From positions 806,001-870,000 of the forward strand of contig MU058636.1 in assembly GCA_013265495.1 (NCBI GenBank): DNA of 64,000 bases, in the 5' to 3' direction. The notes under the pieces are model-generated. The model was not told the origin of the DNA. It ran no database searches and was given only the letters and a program-made list of their open reading frames with translations. Positions 49,471 to 63,154 of the stretch are shown here, one piece after another (position 1 is the first letter of the stretch; every line of letters begins with the position of its first letter). Made by a program: the position numbers and the translations under genes. Source of the stretch: Vicugna vicugna (lineage: Eukaryota).

Positions 49471-52391
49471 CTGTCACCACCCGCGTCTTACACTTCAGCA
49501 CAGTTTCCCTTTCTGAAACTTCTCTAAGTTCTGGTTTATTATACTGCACTCGTTCTTATTTTATACGTATGACTTCTCCTCCTCCTTCTGGGGGACCTCC
49601 TTGTCTTCTGCTTCAGATGTAAATGTTGGCCTTCCTCAGAGCTGGATGCCTCAGTCTAGATGTCAGCCTTGTTTTTTCCTCTTTCACTGTCCCCTGAGGT
49701 AGTACCATCGATTTGCAGGCTTCAGGTGCTGTTTGTGTCCTGAGGACTGTCAAGTCTGCATCTCCAGGCCAGGCCTGGGTTCCGAGTTCCGGACTCATAT
49801 GCTCATCCACGCACTCCATTCTGATGTATCACACGTTTCTCAAACTGAATGCATTCAAATTTGAACCACTTCTTAGTATTCTCCTTTGTGTTTAGTGGCA
49901 ACATTATTCACCCAATCGCTAATGAGTTATCTTGGATGCATTTCTCTGTCAGTGCCCAGTATTGCAGGCGGTCACCAAATCCTGTTGACCCTTATGTCCA
50001 CAATATAACCCATTCTGTGCATGTCTCACTTTGTAAGTTTTCTTCCTTTCTTCTCTCTGCTCTTTTTTCCTGAAGCTCCTACTTATTTGTGTATTGGATT
50101 TCATGGACTGGTTCTCTGGTGTCCTGACTTTCATTCCCATTTCTTTACCTTCGTTTTATTGCTCTGTTTTCTAGGCTGCTTCTTCAGTTTACCCTCCGTC
50201 CCGCCAGCTGCTGCTGGGAGGGGAGGCTTGTGCTCTGCTCTCTGCTGTTGGAGAGTTTCGCTGTGCAGACCTAATTGGTTCTCAGCTTTGTCCGCTCTCA
50301 GCTTCTGGTTTAGTTTTCTTGGATCCTCTTAATCAGCTCCTCTTTGTCCACTTACATTCTGGCTTCCATATTTTTATGCTGTCTTCTCCCATTTTTCATC
50401 CTTTATGGGTTTATGTCTTTAAAACATTTCCTTTCCCATAGTTTTTAGTAGGGTTTAGGAGGAGAATGAAGTTTGGTATCAGTGTTCAGTATGTTATTTT
50501 GCCTAAACAAGACTCATTTTTTAACCCCTCCTTTACCACCATTTTACATTTGCGACTCATCCTCCCATGTGTTAAAGGCGAGCGTTCATCATGGCCGCGC
50601 CCTCTTCTTTCTGCTCTTCTCACGTTCACAAGCTGTCTCGGCTTTGATTTATTTGTTTTTAAAGGTGCTATTTTGTTGTCATACTCACTTGTTTTGTACA
50701 CTCCTTGAAGTGAAGTACACATACTTTGCACCCTCTCTGGAGGCAGCTGGCATAAGTGCCCCCCCTCTCCTGCCTCTCCTTTGGGTGGGGCTGTGGGCGT
50801 GCTTCCCTGATGCTAAGCTGCCTCCGCTACCCTTCGCTCCTCACTGAGCATTGAGACCCTGGCTGTGCTGCTGTGGTTTATGCCAGCTGTTTCCCTTCCC
50901 GGGGTGTCTCATGTAACTCCTGATCTCCTTCCCAACCCCTCCTTCCTTTCCTGACACACTTCTTAAGTCCTAAGACTGTCTGCTTCAGTAGACTCTTTCT
51001 GAAGCTTTCTTGCAGCCCTTGAAGGTGCAGTTGACCATCACTCTGCTTGTAGCGCAGAGCTGGGAAGTGAATCTTTTTCTAATCCAGTGTGCTTTTTTAC
51101 TAAAAAGTGACTGTGTGAATGGCTAGATAAATAAGTGAGCTCTGTAAACCACAAAGCACTGTTACATTATGACTGTAATTATGTTAAGTGATTTTCAAGA
51201 GACAGTTGCCTTTTTGATAATCATACATCTTTCTAAAGTTTCATTTTTAATTCTCCCATTTTACTTTTCTGATAATTTTATAAAATATAAAACATGAAAC
51301 TATTTGGGATAGGGGCGAGGACTGATTTCAGATTAGAATTTTTTAGTTCCTTGCAGAGAAATTTCCACCTAATGACTTGGCTTTTCTTAAATAAAGCCCA
51401 GGGCTAGTGAATGGTTAAATCTCTGGCTAAATTTATTTCCTCTCAGAGCACTCTCTCTCCTTAAAGGGCTCAAGTCTAGGACGTTATCCTCAACAGTAGA
51501 CATAACAGTGTTGCACTCTGGGGTTGACTATGTGGTTAAATTAATACTATGCACATGAAAGTGTCTAATAGTTTTAGTCTGACCCCAATTACATTTTATT
51601 TTTGTGTCACCCTCTTTAATACCCTTTCAAGTCTTTCAGAAATCACTTAGACTTGGTGAATATTAGCTATAGATATTCTTAATATATTTTTAATATAATG
51701 TGTGCCCATGGTGCTTTGCTAGAAAGCACTTGTAAAACTGTCATAAAACAAATCTTTTTTTTTTTCCAGAAAAATAATGTAACTGGGACTTGTTTTTGCA
51801 GCCAAGGATTTGGTGTAAATATATCATAAAAACAAAGATAAAGTTATGTAAGCTTTATTAACAATTTAAAATAATGAAGTATTAAATAAACCTGATAGTT
51901 TTTTTTTAAGGACTTACCTCATTTGTTCACTCAACTCCACTCTCTTCAGAACTCCAGCTCTACCACTCTGCCCTCAGTTTTAGTATTTGACCTCATCTCC
52001 AACATCAGAAAAATGTAAAAGCCATCAAAATGAGGAATCCCTGGCTTTTTGCCTCTGAACCAACTCTTTGCACCCGTGTCTCTTCTTCCCTCCAGCCGCT
52101 TTCCTCCTACTGCGGAGGAGGACGCATCTCCCCTTCCAGCTCTGAGTCTCATCTCTCCTCTCTCCCCAGCGTTCTGGTCTTTGCTCTTCCGGTTTTCCCT
52201 GTCACCTCCTTTTCCCTGGGTTCTTCCTCTCAGTACTAAACATATTGAAGTCTCTTCCATCTTAAAAAAGTTCTTTAACCTTGTATGTAACTCTGCTGCC
52301 TTAATTTCTCCCCGCCAAAGAATCACCTGCATGTACTGTCTCAGCCGAGTTAGGCCCCGTTCGGCGCTCGGCCCCGTGCCATGCAGACCCC

Positions 52392-52807
52392 GCCACCGCA
52401 CCACCTCCCCACCCCGCCACCGTGCCACCCTGNNNNNNNNNNNNNNNNNNNNNNNNNNNNNNNNNNNNNNNNNNNNNNNNNNNNNNNNNNNNNNNNNNNN
52501 NNNNNNNNNNNNNNNNNNNNNNNNNNNNNNNNNNNNNNNNNNNNNNNNNNNNNNNNNNNNNNNNNNNNNNNNNNNNNNNNNNNNNNNNNNNNNNNNNNNN
52601 NNNNNNNNNNNNNNNNNNNNNNNNNNNNNNNNNNNNNNNNNNNNNNNNNNNNNNNNNNNNNNNNNNNNNNNNNNNNNNNNNNNNNNNNNNNNNGCGCCAC
52701 CCTGTCACCCCTCCACCGCACCACCACGCCACCCCTCCACCGCGCCACCCTTTCACCCCGTCACTGCACCATCCCGTCACCCCGTCACCCCACCACCGCA
52801 CCACCGC
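52392..52807. repeat. 8-bp-unit minisatellite (consensus ~RCCACCSC) spanning the assembly gap
   Basis: Units gccaccgc, accacctc, gccaccct, gtcacccc and tccaccgc occur on both sides of the N run. Confidence 0.9.
52433..52693. other. Assembly gap (261 N)
   Basis: Run of n characters. Confidence 1.
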
Positions 52808-53577
52808 AGTGGGTTTTGCCTCATCCAGCGCCAAAGTCCATGGACGCGGCTCGGCCCTCGCCTCGCTAGACCTCTCTGCACTTTTGATGCTGTTTACTGT
52901 CCTGCCCTCTTGGGGGAGTCTCTTTCTCGACAGTCCTTCTGTTCGGTCTCCCCTCACATACTCTGGTGGCCCTGATGGCTGCAGGTATGTGCTGATGTCC
53001 TCAGCTTTCTCTTGGGCTTTAGACATGTTTGTTCAGGTTACCATCCCCACGTGGGTGTCTCACAGGGGACCTGAACCTCCGGCTCCCTCAGAGCTCTCCC
53101 TCCTGCTGCGTTTATTCAGTGCGTAAGGTTGTGGTTAGCCTGTTCGCCGAGGCCGACATCGTTGTCTCCGATGCCTCTTCCTTCTCATCCCCGGCACTCT
53201 GTCCCCAAGTGCTGCAGGTTCCACCTCACAGCTCCGGTCCGTCTGCTCTCCGCAGCAGCCACCGTCCCCTCTCACCCGATGTCACCTGCGTCATTCTAAC
53301 ACTGTTGACTTCTGACTGGTCTCTGCCTCCTGCTCTTATTTAGTCCCCCGAAGCCTTCAAAAGGCAGCCGAAGATGTTTGCCCTAAACAAAATAGAATGG
53401 ATATTCTCCTGTTTAAAAATCTTTAATGGAATACTTCCTCTTGTTCTTGGAGTAAAAAGACTTTTATGATCTGGTTCCTAATTATATTCCTGGCCTCATC
53501 TCCCATTGTTTACTGTATCTGTTCTTCAAATGATTTTCCCTTACCTCACATGCCTTCATACTGTGTTCCCCTCTTAA

Positions 53578-53579
<2 letters not shown>

Positions 53580-53608
<29 letters not shown>
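53580..53608. repeat. (CA)n microsatellite
   Basis: Pure CA run. Confidence 0.95.
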
Positions 53609-53610
<2 letters not shown>

Positions 53611-53627
53611 ACACCCCCCCCTTAAAT

Positions 53628-53985
53628 TAGCAGTTCTCAAAAGTGTGATCTGGGAGCCCCTTGGTGTCCCCAAAATCCTTTCAGAGGGTCTGCAAGATCA
53701 GCGCTGTTTTCATAATAGTGCTGTGTTGTATGCTTTTTCACTCTCTCACGCGTGTGCAGTGGGGTTTTCTCAAAGGTGATGTAACGTGGTGATGTAACGT
53801 GATGATACCGTTGCCCTGGTGGCTCGTGGATATCGTGCTTTTGTAGGTATCTTTTTAAAAATTCCCATTTTTAAAGTCAAAGAGGGTTAACGTAGGTAGA
53901 TATAACAAAAGCTCTTCAGGATCCTCAGTGATATCCAAGAGAGTAAAGGGGTCCTGAGTCCAAAAAGGCTGGAAACTGCCATTGC
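53628..53985. mobile_element. hAT-Charlie (Charlie1-like) deletion derivative
   Basis: Contains cagttctcaaaagtgtg...cctttcagagggtctgcaagatca...ttttcataata, with far end gtaaaggggtcctgagtccaaaaag. Confidence 0.75.
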
Positions 53986-54710
53986 AGCCTCAGTGAGGTG
54001 GTGTTTCCTCGGAGAAGGCTTTGCTTGGGTCTCCACCCGTGGCTTTCGGGGAGCCTCTGCGGTTTGTGAAGGCCCCGTCCGAGCACTCGCCGCATCGCAT
54101 TGTGGTGGATTATTCACGTTTCAGGGCTGGCGGACCCGGGGAGAACTCTGCTGTATCCCCAGGACTGAGCATAGTTCTGGAGACATAGTAAGTGCTCAGT
54201 AAACACTTGCTGAGTGAATCTCTTTGAAGGTATTTGGAGACATAAGGACTGTACCATGTTTTACATCCTATCATTTTGTAGTTTAGTGATACATTCATTT
54301 CTTAGTTTTCTTGGCCCCTAATATCTGAATGGGCTTTAAGAAAGCAACTCTTGTTTTATGTGTATGTATCTTGTGTACACACGCATGCGTGCACACACGG
54401 AGAGAGGGAGCGTCTGCATGTTATAGCAGAAAGAACCTGTCGTTGGGAGTCAGGAGCGTCATCTCTGAATCTTTGTCTTCCTCAAATAACCACAGGGCCT
54501 TGAATAAGTCTTTTTATTCCTTTGAATCTAACTTCCCTCATCAAGTAGTGGAATTGGACTAGATCATTTAAAATGTTTTTCCCATATGAAATTTGTGAGT
54601 ATATGTTGAAAGTGTCAAAGTATATGTGATTTATATGTATTTATATTTTTTATTAAAAATACACATACTTTTAGATTTATCTGTATATTAAAATAACTTT
54701 GTTTTTACAG

Positions 54711-54786
54711 GAAAGATGATAAAGACTATGCTTTAAAACAAATAGAAGGAACCGGGATCTCTATGTCGGCATGTAGAGAAATAGCA
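54711..54786 (+). CDS. CDK8: CDK8 coding exon 2 (76 nt), (G)[25 protein letters not shown]
   Basis: Acceptor tttgtttttacag|G and donor GCA|gtaagt. Contains the catalytic Lys (YALK) and the CDK8/19 SMSACRE helix. Phase 2 matches exon 1. Confidence 0.98.
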
Positions 54787-54934
54787 GTAAGTGAAGCTCT
54801 TTTTATCATCATTATTATCAGCTGGCTTATGGGTGTCCATTCTGTAGGTCTCTGGATTGTATTTGTCACATAGACACATTCATTGAGAGTTGAGATATAT
54901 TTTTGTCAAATATCTATAGAAAAGTACATTTTTT

Positions 54935-55022
54935 TCCTGTAAATATATTTTTATTGAAGCATAGTCAGTTTATAATGTTGTGTCAATTTCTGGTGTCTAG
55001 CATTGTGCTTCAGTCACACATG
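54935..55022 (-). mobile_element. Short L1 3' tail
   Basis: Reads tttttattgaagcatagtcagtttataatgttgtgtcaatttctggtgt, the reverse complement of the type of tail seen at 6430-6485. Confidence 0.7.
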
Positions 55023-56489
55023 CATTTGTTTTTTGAAGAGAAGTAAAGGTGGCATGTCATTCTAGCAAAAAAATTCTATATAAATACATTTATTTGGGAT
55101 TAAGTAAATCTCAGTTGTTTATGTAAGTATGTATTTTTCCCAGAAATGTCACTAAATAGGTAAAGGTGCAGTTTTTCTTATTATCTCATCGAACGCGGTA
55201 AAAATGGTATGTTAGTTCATATCAATACTATTTCTCTTTTAATAAGGTGAGATAAATTACTCATTACTTATGTGAACTTAAAATGAGATTGTGTCATTTG
55301 ATTTTTCATTGTATCTGCCTTTTCATTTGAATATGTGAAAACACATGCCTTTTTCTTTTGGAAGCGAACCATTGCCCTATGGTAATTAGAAACTCATTTT
55401 GATCCTGAAGGAAAATACTTTTCACGTCATTAATGCATTACTAAATAATTATTCATAATTTAAAGTGAGTATTACTCCCATGAGATTTTACTTCAGTTTT
55501 TCCTGTTGTAAAACCGTGGGTCCAAATTTGTCTTTTCAGTCTTTAATCAGAATATTTTAGAATATATATGTTATAATAATCTGCTTTGATTGCTTTCAGC
55601 CATCTGTCTACACAGACATAGGCTATTGTGAACTGGAGGTATTAATTTAAATAGTTTTACTCATTTAACAGATTCTATACTACTGGGTTTTCAACTAATG
55701 GTCATTTATTGTGTAACATGTTGACAGGAACTAAACTAAGTGAAAGTAAAGAAACGTAGAACAAGTCAGGTTTCCTGGCCTTAAGTGTTACACACTACGA
55801 GGAAAGAGACCTTTAAGTGTTACACCAGTGCTGATAGCGGTGTGCTGCTCACTGCGGTCCAAGCGTACAGAGACTGGGAAAGGGTGTGCCTCTGAACTGG
55901 AGAATCGAGGAAGGCTTTAGAATTTGGAGGGCATGTAAGAGTTCCCTCCATGAAGAGGAGAACAGGAGTGAGATGGGGACATTCTTAACCAGAGGTATAC
56001 CGTATTGGAAATGGTATTTCATTTAACTGATACATTTTTCATGCTCCTGAATCTTGAGGCAAGACATCTGTACACTAAATGTCAGTTCTCTACACTCTAG
56101 TTTTAAAGAATTAAATCTCTTGAACTGTGGTCAGTGATGTTGGATGCCATGAGAGTGGTTACCTTTGGAGAGATGGGGGGACCAGAGCAGGAGACGAGGG
56201 AGCTTTCAGGGTGCTAGTGATGTTCTGTTTCTCGATTTTGCCCTGGGTCTGGCCATGTGGGTTTCACGTGAGAATACTCACTGAGCTGCGTGCTTGCCGA
56301 CCATGTGCTTTTCTCTGTCATGATTATACTTCAGTACAAAGTTTTAAAAACAAACAAAACCCCACTTCATTTCAGGAACCGACATTCTTAGCTTTTTTCT
56401 ACGTTGATAACTGTAAGTAAAGTTAAGCACAAAAAGGACTACGGAAGCTTACTCTTAATGTACTTGATTGTGGTTCTTTGACCTAAGGT

Positions 56490-58615
56490 GAGCAGCAATT
56501 TTTAATTTTGATGGTGTCTAATTTACTAGTTTTTTCCTTTTATGACTATTGTTTTCTGTGTCGGGCTAAAGAAGGCTTTTTCTGCTCGCTGATTGTGAAG
56601 GTATTTCCCTCTTTTTCTTCTAAATGCTTACAATTTTAGCTTTACCTTTCAGTCTGTGATCTACTCACTTCATCTGTGTTTGCAGTCTGATGTAATGTTT
56701 GAGCCTCTCCTTCCCTCATCCCAGGTGGCTTGGACAGTTGTAGCACTTTTTGGAAAGATTCTTCCCCACTGAATTCCTTTGGAACCTTTGTAAAAAGTTA
56801 AACGACTGTAAATGTGAGACTTTCTGGGCTCTGTTCTCTTCCATTGATCTCTTCTCTGCGCTCAGCTAATACTAGGTCGCTCTGCTTTACAGCAAGACTT
56901 TGAGGTAAGGTGGCGTAAAGCCACTAGCTTTACTCTTTGTTTCAGGGTTGTTTGGGCTATTTTTAGGTCCTTAGTGTATAAATTACTGAATCAGCTAGTA
57001 ATTTGTTTCTTAAAAATGCCTACTGGGATTATAGTTTGCGTCAGTTTAGAGAGAATTGACATCTGAATAATACTGAAACTTCCAGGCATGAATCTTAGAA
57101 AGATATACTTTCTATTTTTTAAGATTTTCTTTAATTTTTCTCAAAAACATTTTATAGTTTTTTTAGTATGGAGGCTTTACACATTTTTTGTTAAATTCAT
57201 TCCTAAGGATTTTATGTTTTCTGACATTATAAATGAGATTATTTTAAAATTTTTATTTTCTACTTGTTTGCTTCTTAGAAACTTAGCAATAGGATTGATT
57301 TTTTTAAAATATTATTTATTACATATATTACGTAAATTGTGTTCTAAGTTCACTGATAGATTTGGTTATATCTTGGGATTTCTCCATAAATAATGATGTC
57401 ACCTGTGAATAGGAGTAGTTTTATTTCTTTCCAACTTAATGCTTTCAATTTGTTTCTTTCATATTGTGTTGCTGGAACCTCTCAGACGATGTTGAGAAGT
57501 GGTGAGAGCCATCGTCTTGGACTTGTTCCCAATCTTGGCAGAAAGTATTTTCGGTGTTTCACCATCAAGTAGAATGCTAGCTATAGGTTTTCTATAGATG
57601 CCATCAGTCAGATTTGGGAAGTTCCCTTCTGTTTTCTTGTAAATGGTAATGAGTTTTATGAAATACTTCTTTCTGGATGTACTGACATGACCATATAGTT
57701 TGTCTCTGTTACATGGGTAGGCTACATCGATTACTGTCTAATATTTATCCAATTATGCAGTTTTGAAATAATCCCTGCTTGGTTATATATATTACTGAAT
57801 TTGAATTACTAATGTGTTAAGGAGCTTTACATTTTGTTTTTTGGTTTCTTTTTCTTTAAAGGAATTTTAGGTCTTTTGGGGGATGTTGGTCTGTGGTTCT
57901 TGTGATGTCTTTGTCTTTAGGTCCAAGTCGTGCTGTCCTCACAGAGCAAGTTAGGCAGCCTTTCTTCGCCCTCTACATTCTGACAGAGTTTCTCCGGGGT
58001 TGACAGTTACCCTTCCTTAAATGTTTGACAGAATTCACCAAACTGTTATTATTTCCTTAATAGATATAGAGCTCTTCACATTTAATGTTTCATCTTGTGT
58101 TTGATAAGTTGTATTTTTCGTGTAATTTGTTTATTTTGTTTAAGTTGTTGAATTTATTGGCACAAAGCAACAGCAATAATATTCTCTTATTCTGTTTTCA
58201 CAAATGTTGCTTCCATGGTAATGTCCCTGTTTCACTGTGGATTTTGTTAATCTGTGTTTTGTCTGTATCATTGTATTTTGCTCTTACCTTTATTCTTTCT
58301 TTCCTTCTACTTACTTCTGACTTACATTTCTTTTTTATCTTCTTAAGGTAGACCTTAGGGCATTGATTTTTAAACTGTTCTTTTCTAATATCAACAACTA
58401 AAAGTATAAATTTCCCTCTAAGCTCTTTTAAATTTCATAAATTTTGTCACATTGTATTTTGATTATCATTTAGTACAAAAGGATTTCAGTTTTCTTTGTG
58501 ATCTTTTATTCATGGATTATTTAGAAATATATTATTTAATTTTTAAATATGTGAGGCTTCCCAGATAATTTATTGTTGTCATTTACTAATTTTGTTCTAT
58601 TGTGGTCAGAGAAAA
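56490..58615 (-). mobile_element. Old L1M ORF2 region
   Basis: Contains ttttaattttgatggtgtctaattt...agagaattgacatc...aagtggtgagagccatc...tgtttgacagaattcacca...ttgtggtcagagaa. Confidence 0.8.
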
Positions 58616-59979
58616 GAGACTATGTTTTAGAGATACATACTGAAATATTTAAAAATGACATCATATGATGCCTGGGATTTACTTCAAAATAATTCAATGT
58701 GAGGTGGGAGAAGTGGGTATGAATATAGATAAAATAGAATAGGTAGTGAGTGGATAATGATACATGGAGGTTTGTTTTATTTTACTATTGTATTTTATTT
58801 ACTTTTGAAATTTTTTCTATAATAAAAAATCAAAAAGAAAAAACATCCCATCTTTCTAGCAAGTATTATCAGACCTCTCCCTCCACGTATTAAATATTCC
58901 TCTGAAAAACCCTATCTCCCCACCACTCACCTCCATCATTCTCTTGTGATCTGCACTCAGTTTGTTCCTTTCATAGCACTCATTACAAATCGTAATCTCT
59001 TTGTTTGTTACCTTATTTTCTGTTTGTCATCCCTACCCCCACCTAACACATTTCTTCCCCAGTGTGTACCATGTCTGACACACAGTCTTTGGCTCAGTAA
59101 GTAATTATAAAAGGAAGGGGAGAAGGAAAGAACTCTGAGAATTTCTACTGAAGTTAAGAGCGTTGTATACACTCATCCTCAGTGTGTTACACGTGGTTTG
59201 TTGTGTATTTCCAGAATTTCCTGGGAGCTGCAGTCCCTTTAACTGAGTGGTGTTCAGACTGTGTCTCAGTGGACCATCTGTATCACAGGGCTGCCTTGTA
59301 GTTGGGCTGCTTTTAAAGCTCACGTTTGCTTTAGCCTAGGCACCTCAGGCTTTTTTTTTTTTTTAATCAATTTGCAAGAATTCAGTTGAAGAAAAGTCCA
59401 CAGCTTAAAAATTTTTTTTGAAATCATTTTGGAATAATTTTCTTGATGCTTTTATAGTAATTTCAACTTGACTATCATACTTAGGGCATAAATTTAGAAT
59501 TTACTATTTTTGCTATATTGTAAATTTTTAACATTTGAAATCAATGTTTTGAGAATATTAGAGGTTTACTTACCTGTTTTTTCACTCACCACTGTAAGTG
59601 GCATTTATTGGCAGTTTTAAGTATTATTAATTTATTTTTCATATATTTGTACTGTTAGAGTTCACATTAAGTGAGATACTGTGTGACACAGTTGGAATGA
59701 ATTAAGTTTATGATGAATGATGATTTAAAACATTTGTATTTTTTAGCAGTGATCTTAGTACTCAGGAAATTATAAGATTTTTATTTCCAGTAGAATTAGG
59801 AAAACTTAGATGATCTCTGTGCTGAAAACCATTATATAAATTTTTTTAAACCTTTCCTTTAAACATTTTTAAACATAAAATCTTCAGAAAGGCAAAAATA
59901 CTTTATACAGTGTCAAGAAATAGGCATCTGCCTCCTGTGGGCTCTGTGTGGGGTGGTGAAGCCCATTGGGTGTGAAGCC

Positions 59980-60200
59980 TGCACGGCGCCCTCGCCGGGT
60001 TGGGGCGCCGGCCTCAGGGTCGCGGGAGCCAGGTGACCTGAGCTCTTACCCTGACTGTCCCGCTTAAGTAGCCTGTAGGACGCAGAGCAGGCCACTCAAT
60101 CCCCGTGCTTTACTCTTTGTAAAGTGAGAATAATGATATCTCATAGGGTTATTTTGCTTGAGGAGCTCAGGGCACTTCTTGGGGCACAGTGAACTCTGGG
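59980..60200 (+). mobile_element. MIR, GC-shifted 5' half
   Basis: Contains ggagccaggtgacctgag...tttgtaaagtgagaataatgatatctcatagggttatt. Confidence 0.6.
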
Positions 60201-60558
60201 TGCATGTTCACTTCTCAGGGACTGTCAGCAGCGCCACAGCCACAGCCGAGCACTGCCTGGGACTTGGACTTGGACTTGGACTTGTGTCTGGTGGGGGACC
60301 CCAGCAGACGGTCTCAGCACATTTTCTGTCCCGGGACTTCGTGCGGCATCCACCGCAGGGCCTGGCATGTCGCAGGCATTCAGTAAATGCTAGCCCTGCT
60401 AAATGTAGCACAGCTCCCTGGGCTCCTGGAAGTACTTCAGTGTAAATATTTACTTAGAGGCAGTTCCCCGCTGAGCTTCTCAGTTCCAGCTCCAGCCCCG
60501 CAGTGACCCGTCTCCCAACATAGAGTGCTTTACTTACTCAGTAGTAATAGTTACTTAC

Positions 60559-60909
60559 TGGATTAGTTTGCCAAGGCTGCCATAACAGAGTACAGGCTGG
60601 GTGGCTTAAACAACAGAAACTTCTGTCCTTAATGGGGGAGGCTGTTGGTCCAGGATCAGGGCGCCTGCACAGGCCTCTCTTGGTTTGCAAGTGGCCACCG
60701 TCTTCACCTGCTTGCCTCTGTGCGCCCTCATCGCCTTTTTTTATAAGGTTACCATTCAGGTTGGATTAGGGCCCATCCCACTGACCTCCTTTTAACTTAA
60801 TTGCCTCTTTAAAGGCCTTATCTCCAAATACGTATAGTCACATTCCGAGGTACCAGGGGTTTGGGTTTCAACACAAGAATCCTGGGAGAACATAGTTCAG
60901 TCCATAACA
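60559..60909 (-). mobile_element. MaLR solo LTR (MLT1A-C-like)
   Basis: Reads ttagtttgccaaggctgccataaca...ggcttaaacaacagaaa...ggattagggcccat...ttcagtccataaca. The 5-bp TSD CTTAC is at 60554-60558 and 60910-60914. Confidence 0.9.
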
Positions 60910-61552
60910 CTTACTGTTACTTGTTGCCGTCGTCATAGCACCTAGTCACTGGTAAAATCATTACCCTCAGAGACTCATTTGACTAATCAGATGGATTTTA
61001 AAAAGATAGAATGGATTTTTTGATGGAAGCAATGATCTTAGTCGTAGCTCAGAAGCCAAAGGGCGTGTTGTATGATGCCCTTTAGTTGGTATGTATTGTT
61101 TATTCGTGACTTCAGTTATTCCTGTATTCACCAAGTATTTAATGAGAACCTGCCGGGTACGAGGCAGTGTGCTCGAAGCTGGCAGGGCAGTCATGAGCAA
61201 GACACAGTGCCTGCCATTGTCCCGTTAGTATATACATAAAATATCTGTGTCTCTGGATTGTAGGACAGGCTATTCCCCTGGATCTCAGGGCTTGGGAGGT
61301 ATTGGTGTTAGACCATAGAGTACTGGCTTTGTATTTTAGAAATTAATTAATTAACATTAAAAGCATTTAAATCCGCTACTTAGGAATGTGACCTTGAGCA
61401 AATTGTTTAATCCCTTTAACCCTATTACCCCTCTGGGAAATACGAGCAACATAAATATTTCATCGGGTAGTTCACGATTAAGTGAGATACTGCATGTCAT
61501 ATGCTCAGCCCCATACTTGGCACCTAGGAAGAGCTGAATGTAATGGTTGCTG

Positions 61553-61664
61553 CCCTTCCCTCCCCTCCCCTTCCCTTCTTTCTCTTTCTTTCTTTCTCTC
61601 TATCTCTCTCCCCCTCTCCCTCCCCCTCCCCTTCCTTCCTTTTCTTTTCTTTCTTTTTTTTTTT
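61553..61664. repeat. Polypyrimidine low-complexity tract
   Basis: About 110 nt almost entirely C/T, following a MIR fragment (~61370-61550). Confidence 0.9.
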
Positions 61665-62769
61665 AAATACAGGAGCTAAACTTCATCTTGGGGGTGAGGT
61701 TGAGGCAATAGCCAAGAATAGCTTTATATGTAGGTTCCTAATAATTGGAGAGAGCGTTTGCCAAATCTTTGGAGTTTGTTTGTTGTCATTTCTACCCTGC
61801 TTGTTTCCAGAAAGGATTTGAACTAGCTGCGCAGCTGAGAAGTGTGTTCCAGTTGTGAGGTAATGGAGAAAGCCCTGACCCAGAACTGAAACGAACTTAG
61901 CGCCAGATCCAGCTCTTCCAGACAGCTGGGCGATCCTGGGCCACCCTGCCGGCAGGCTTTCCCATACCACAGTCTGTGCCTTGTTTATTAATAGGAAGTG
62001 GTCCCTTTTAGATATTGGCTTTCAGTTTCTGTGCATTTGTATATGATCTCTAGAGTCTCATAAGTTTGAGATGATATTCTAAAAGCAGAAATATGTAACT
62101 TGAATTTAATCTTGCTTCTGAATAAAATAATCACTTTCAAGAGAATAATCATTGATATAAGTGACTTAATATGTAGTCCACTCATAGTCTTTGCTTTGCT
62201 GAATTCGTTCCAGAGCCCTCATATATTGTTAATGTTACGTTGATATTGACTTGTTTTGGTGACAGTGTTCTTACAAAAAGGTGCTGAGGTCCTAAGTTCT
62301 GAGACCTTGACGTGCTCACGTGGCGGTCATGTGTCTGGAAGGCACTGCGTAAGTCATTTCTGACTGATAAGGCTTAGCGTCAGGCTTCAGGAAAGGTTTT
62401 CTCTTGTCATTGTTGCTGTTGTGTTTGTTGGTGGTGGGGTGGGAATGCTTTCTAACTGACGGACTATCAGGGCTGCTTGGGTTATTACATGGAGATAAAA
62501 TAAGGAGATGAAAGATTTTAAATAAAAGAATACCCTTCTAGGAGATGAGAAAGGTTAATAAACCTATGAAAATATGTTCTATTCGGATGCTTCTGTCTGT
62601 ATAAGCTCTTTATGACTTTGTGAAAAGTTTACAAAATTTTCATCAATTTTCCTTTATAATTTAAATACCTGAAAAAATAGATTCTGTGTCTCACAGAGTT
62701 ACAGATCTTAATTCTGATCTGACATTTGGTGGTGATGAGTGTTGTTTTTTTTTACTAATGTTGCAATTA

Positions 62770-63089
62770 CAGTTGGCCCTTTGTATCCATGAATTCAACC
62801 AACCACAGATAGGAAATATTTAGGGAAAAAAAATTTCCAGAAAGTTCCAAAAAGCGTAATTTGAATTTACCACACTCCAGCAACTATTTACGTAGCACTT
62901 ACATTGTATGAGATATAAGTAATCTAAAGGCTTAAAGTATATGGGAGGATATGGGTAGGTTATATACGTAAATGCTATGCTATTTTATATAAGGGACTTG
63001 AGCACTGGGTGATTTGGGTACCACTTGGGGCCAGGTGGGGTGAGGGGTGGTCCTGGAACCAGTCCTTCTCGGATATTGAGGGGTGACTG
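62770..63089. mobile_element. MER2-like TcMar-Tigger MITE
   Basis: Reads TA|cagttggccctttgtatcc ... gatattgaggggtgactg|TA, in the opposite orientation to the copy at 39.5 kb. Confidence 0.88.
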
Positions 63090-63154
63090 TAGTTAGTTTT
63101 TTGAAAGAATTACAAGCTACAAATTTATTTTGAGTTCAGTTGTCTTGTGATGTC

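Larger units (their letters stand above)
51910..53560. mobile_element. L2 fragment(s), GC-shifted in the centre
   Basis: Contains gccaaagtccatgga...ctagacctctctgcacttttgatgctg...cacaggggacctgaacctc...ctgactggtctctgcctcc, matching L2. Confidence 0.65.

Noticed and set aside
51946..53126. ORFs of 130-308 aa across the gap
   Set aside because: They are inflated by N codons and the C-rich minisatellite.
53775..60284. Small tandem duplications (ggtgatgtaacgt x2 at ~53776; ttaagtgttacac x2 at ~55781/55813; (GGACTT)4 at ~60260)
   Set aside because: These are ordinary slippage products with no spacer structure or functional context.
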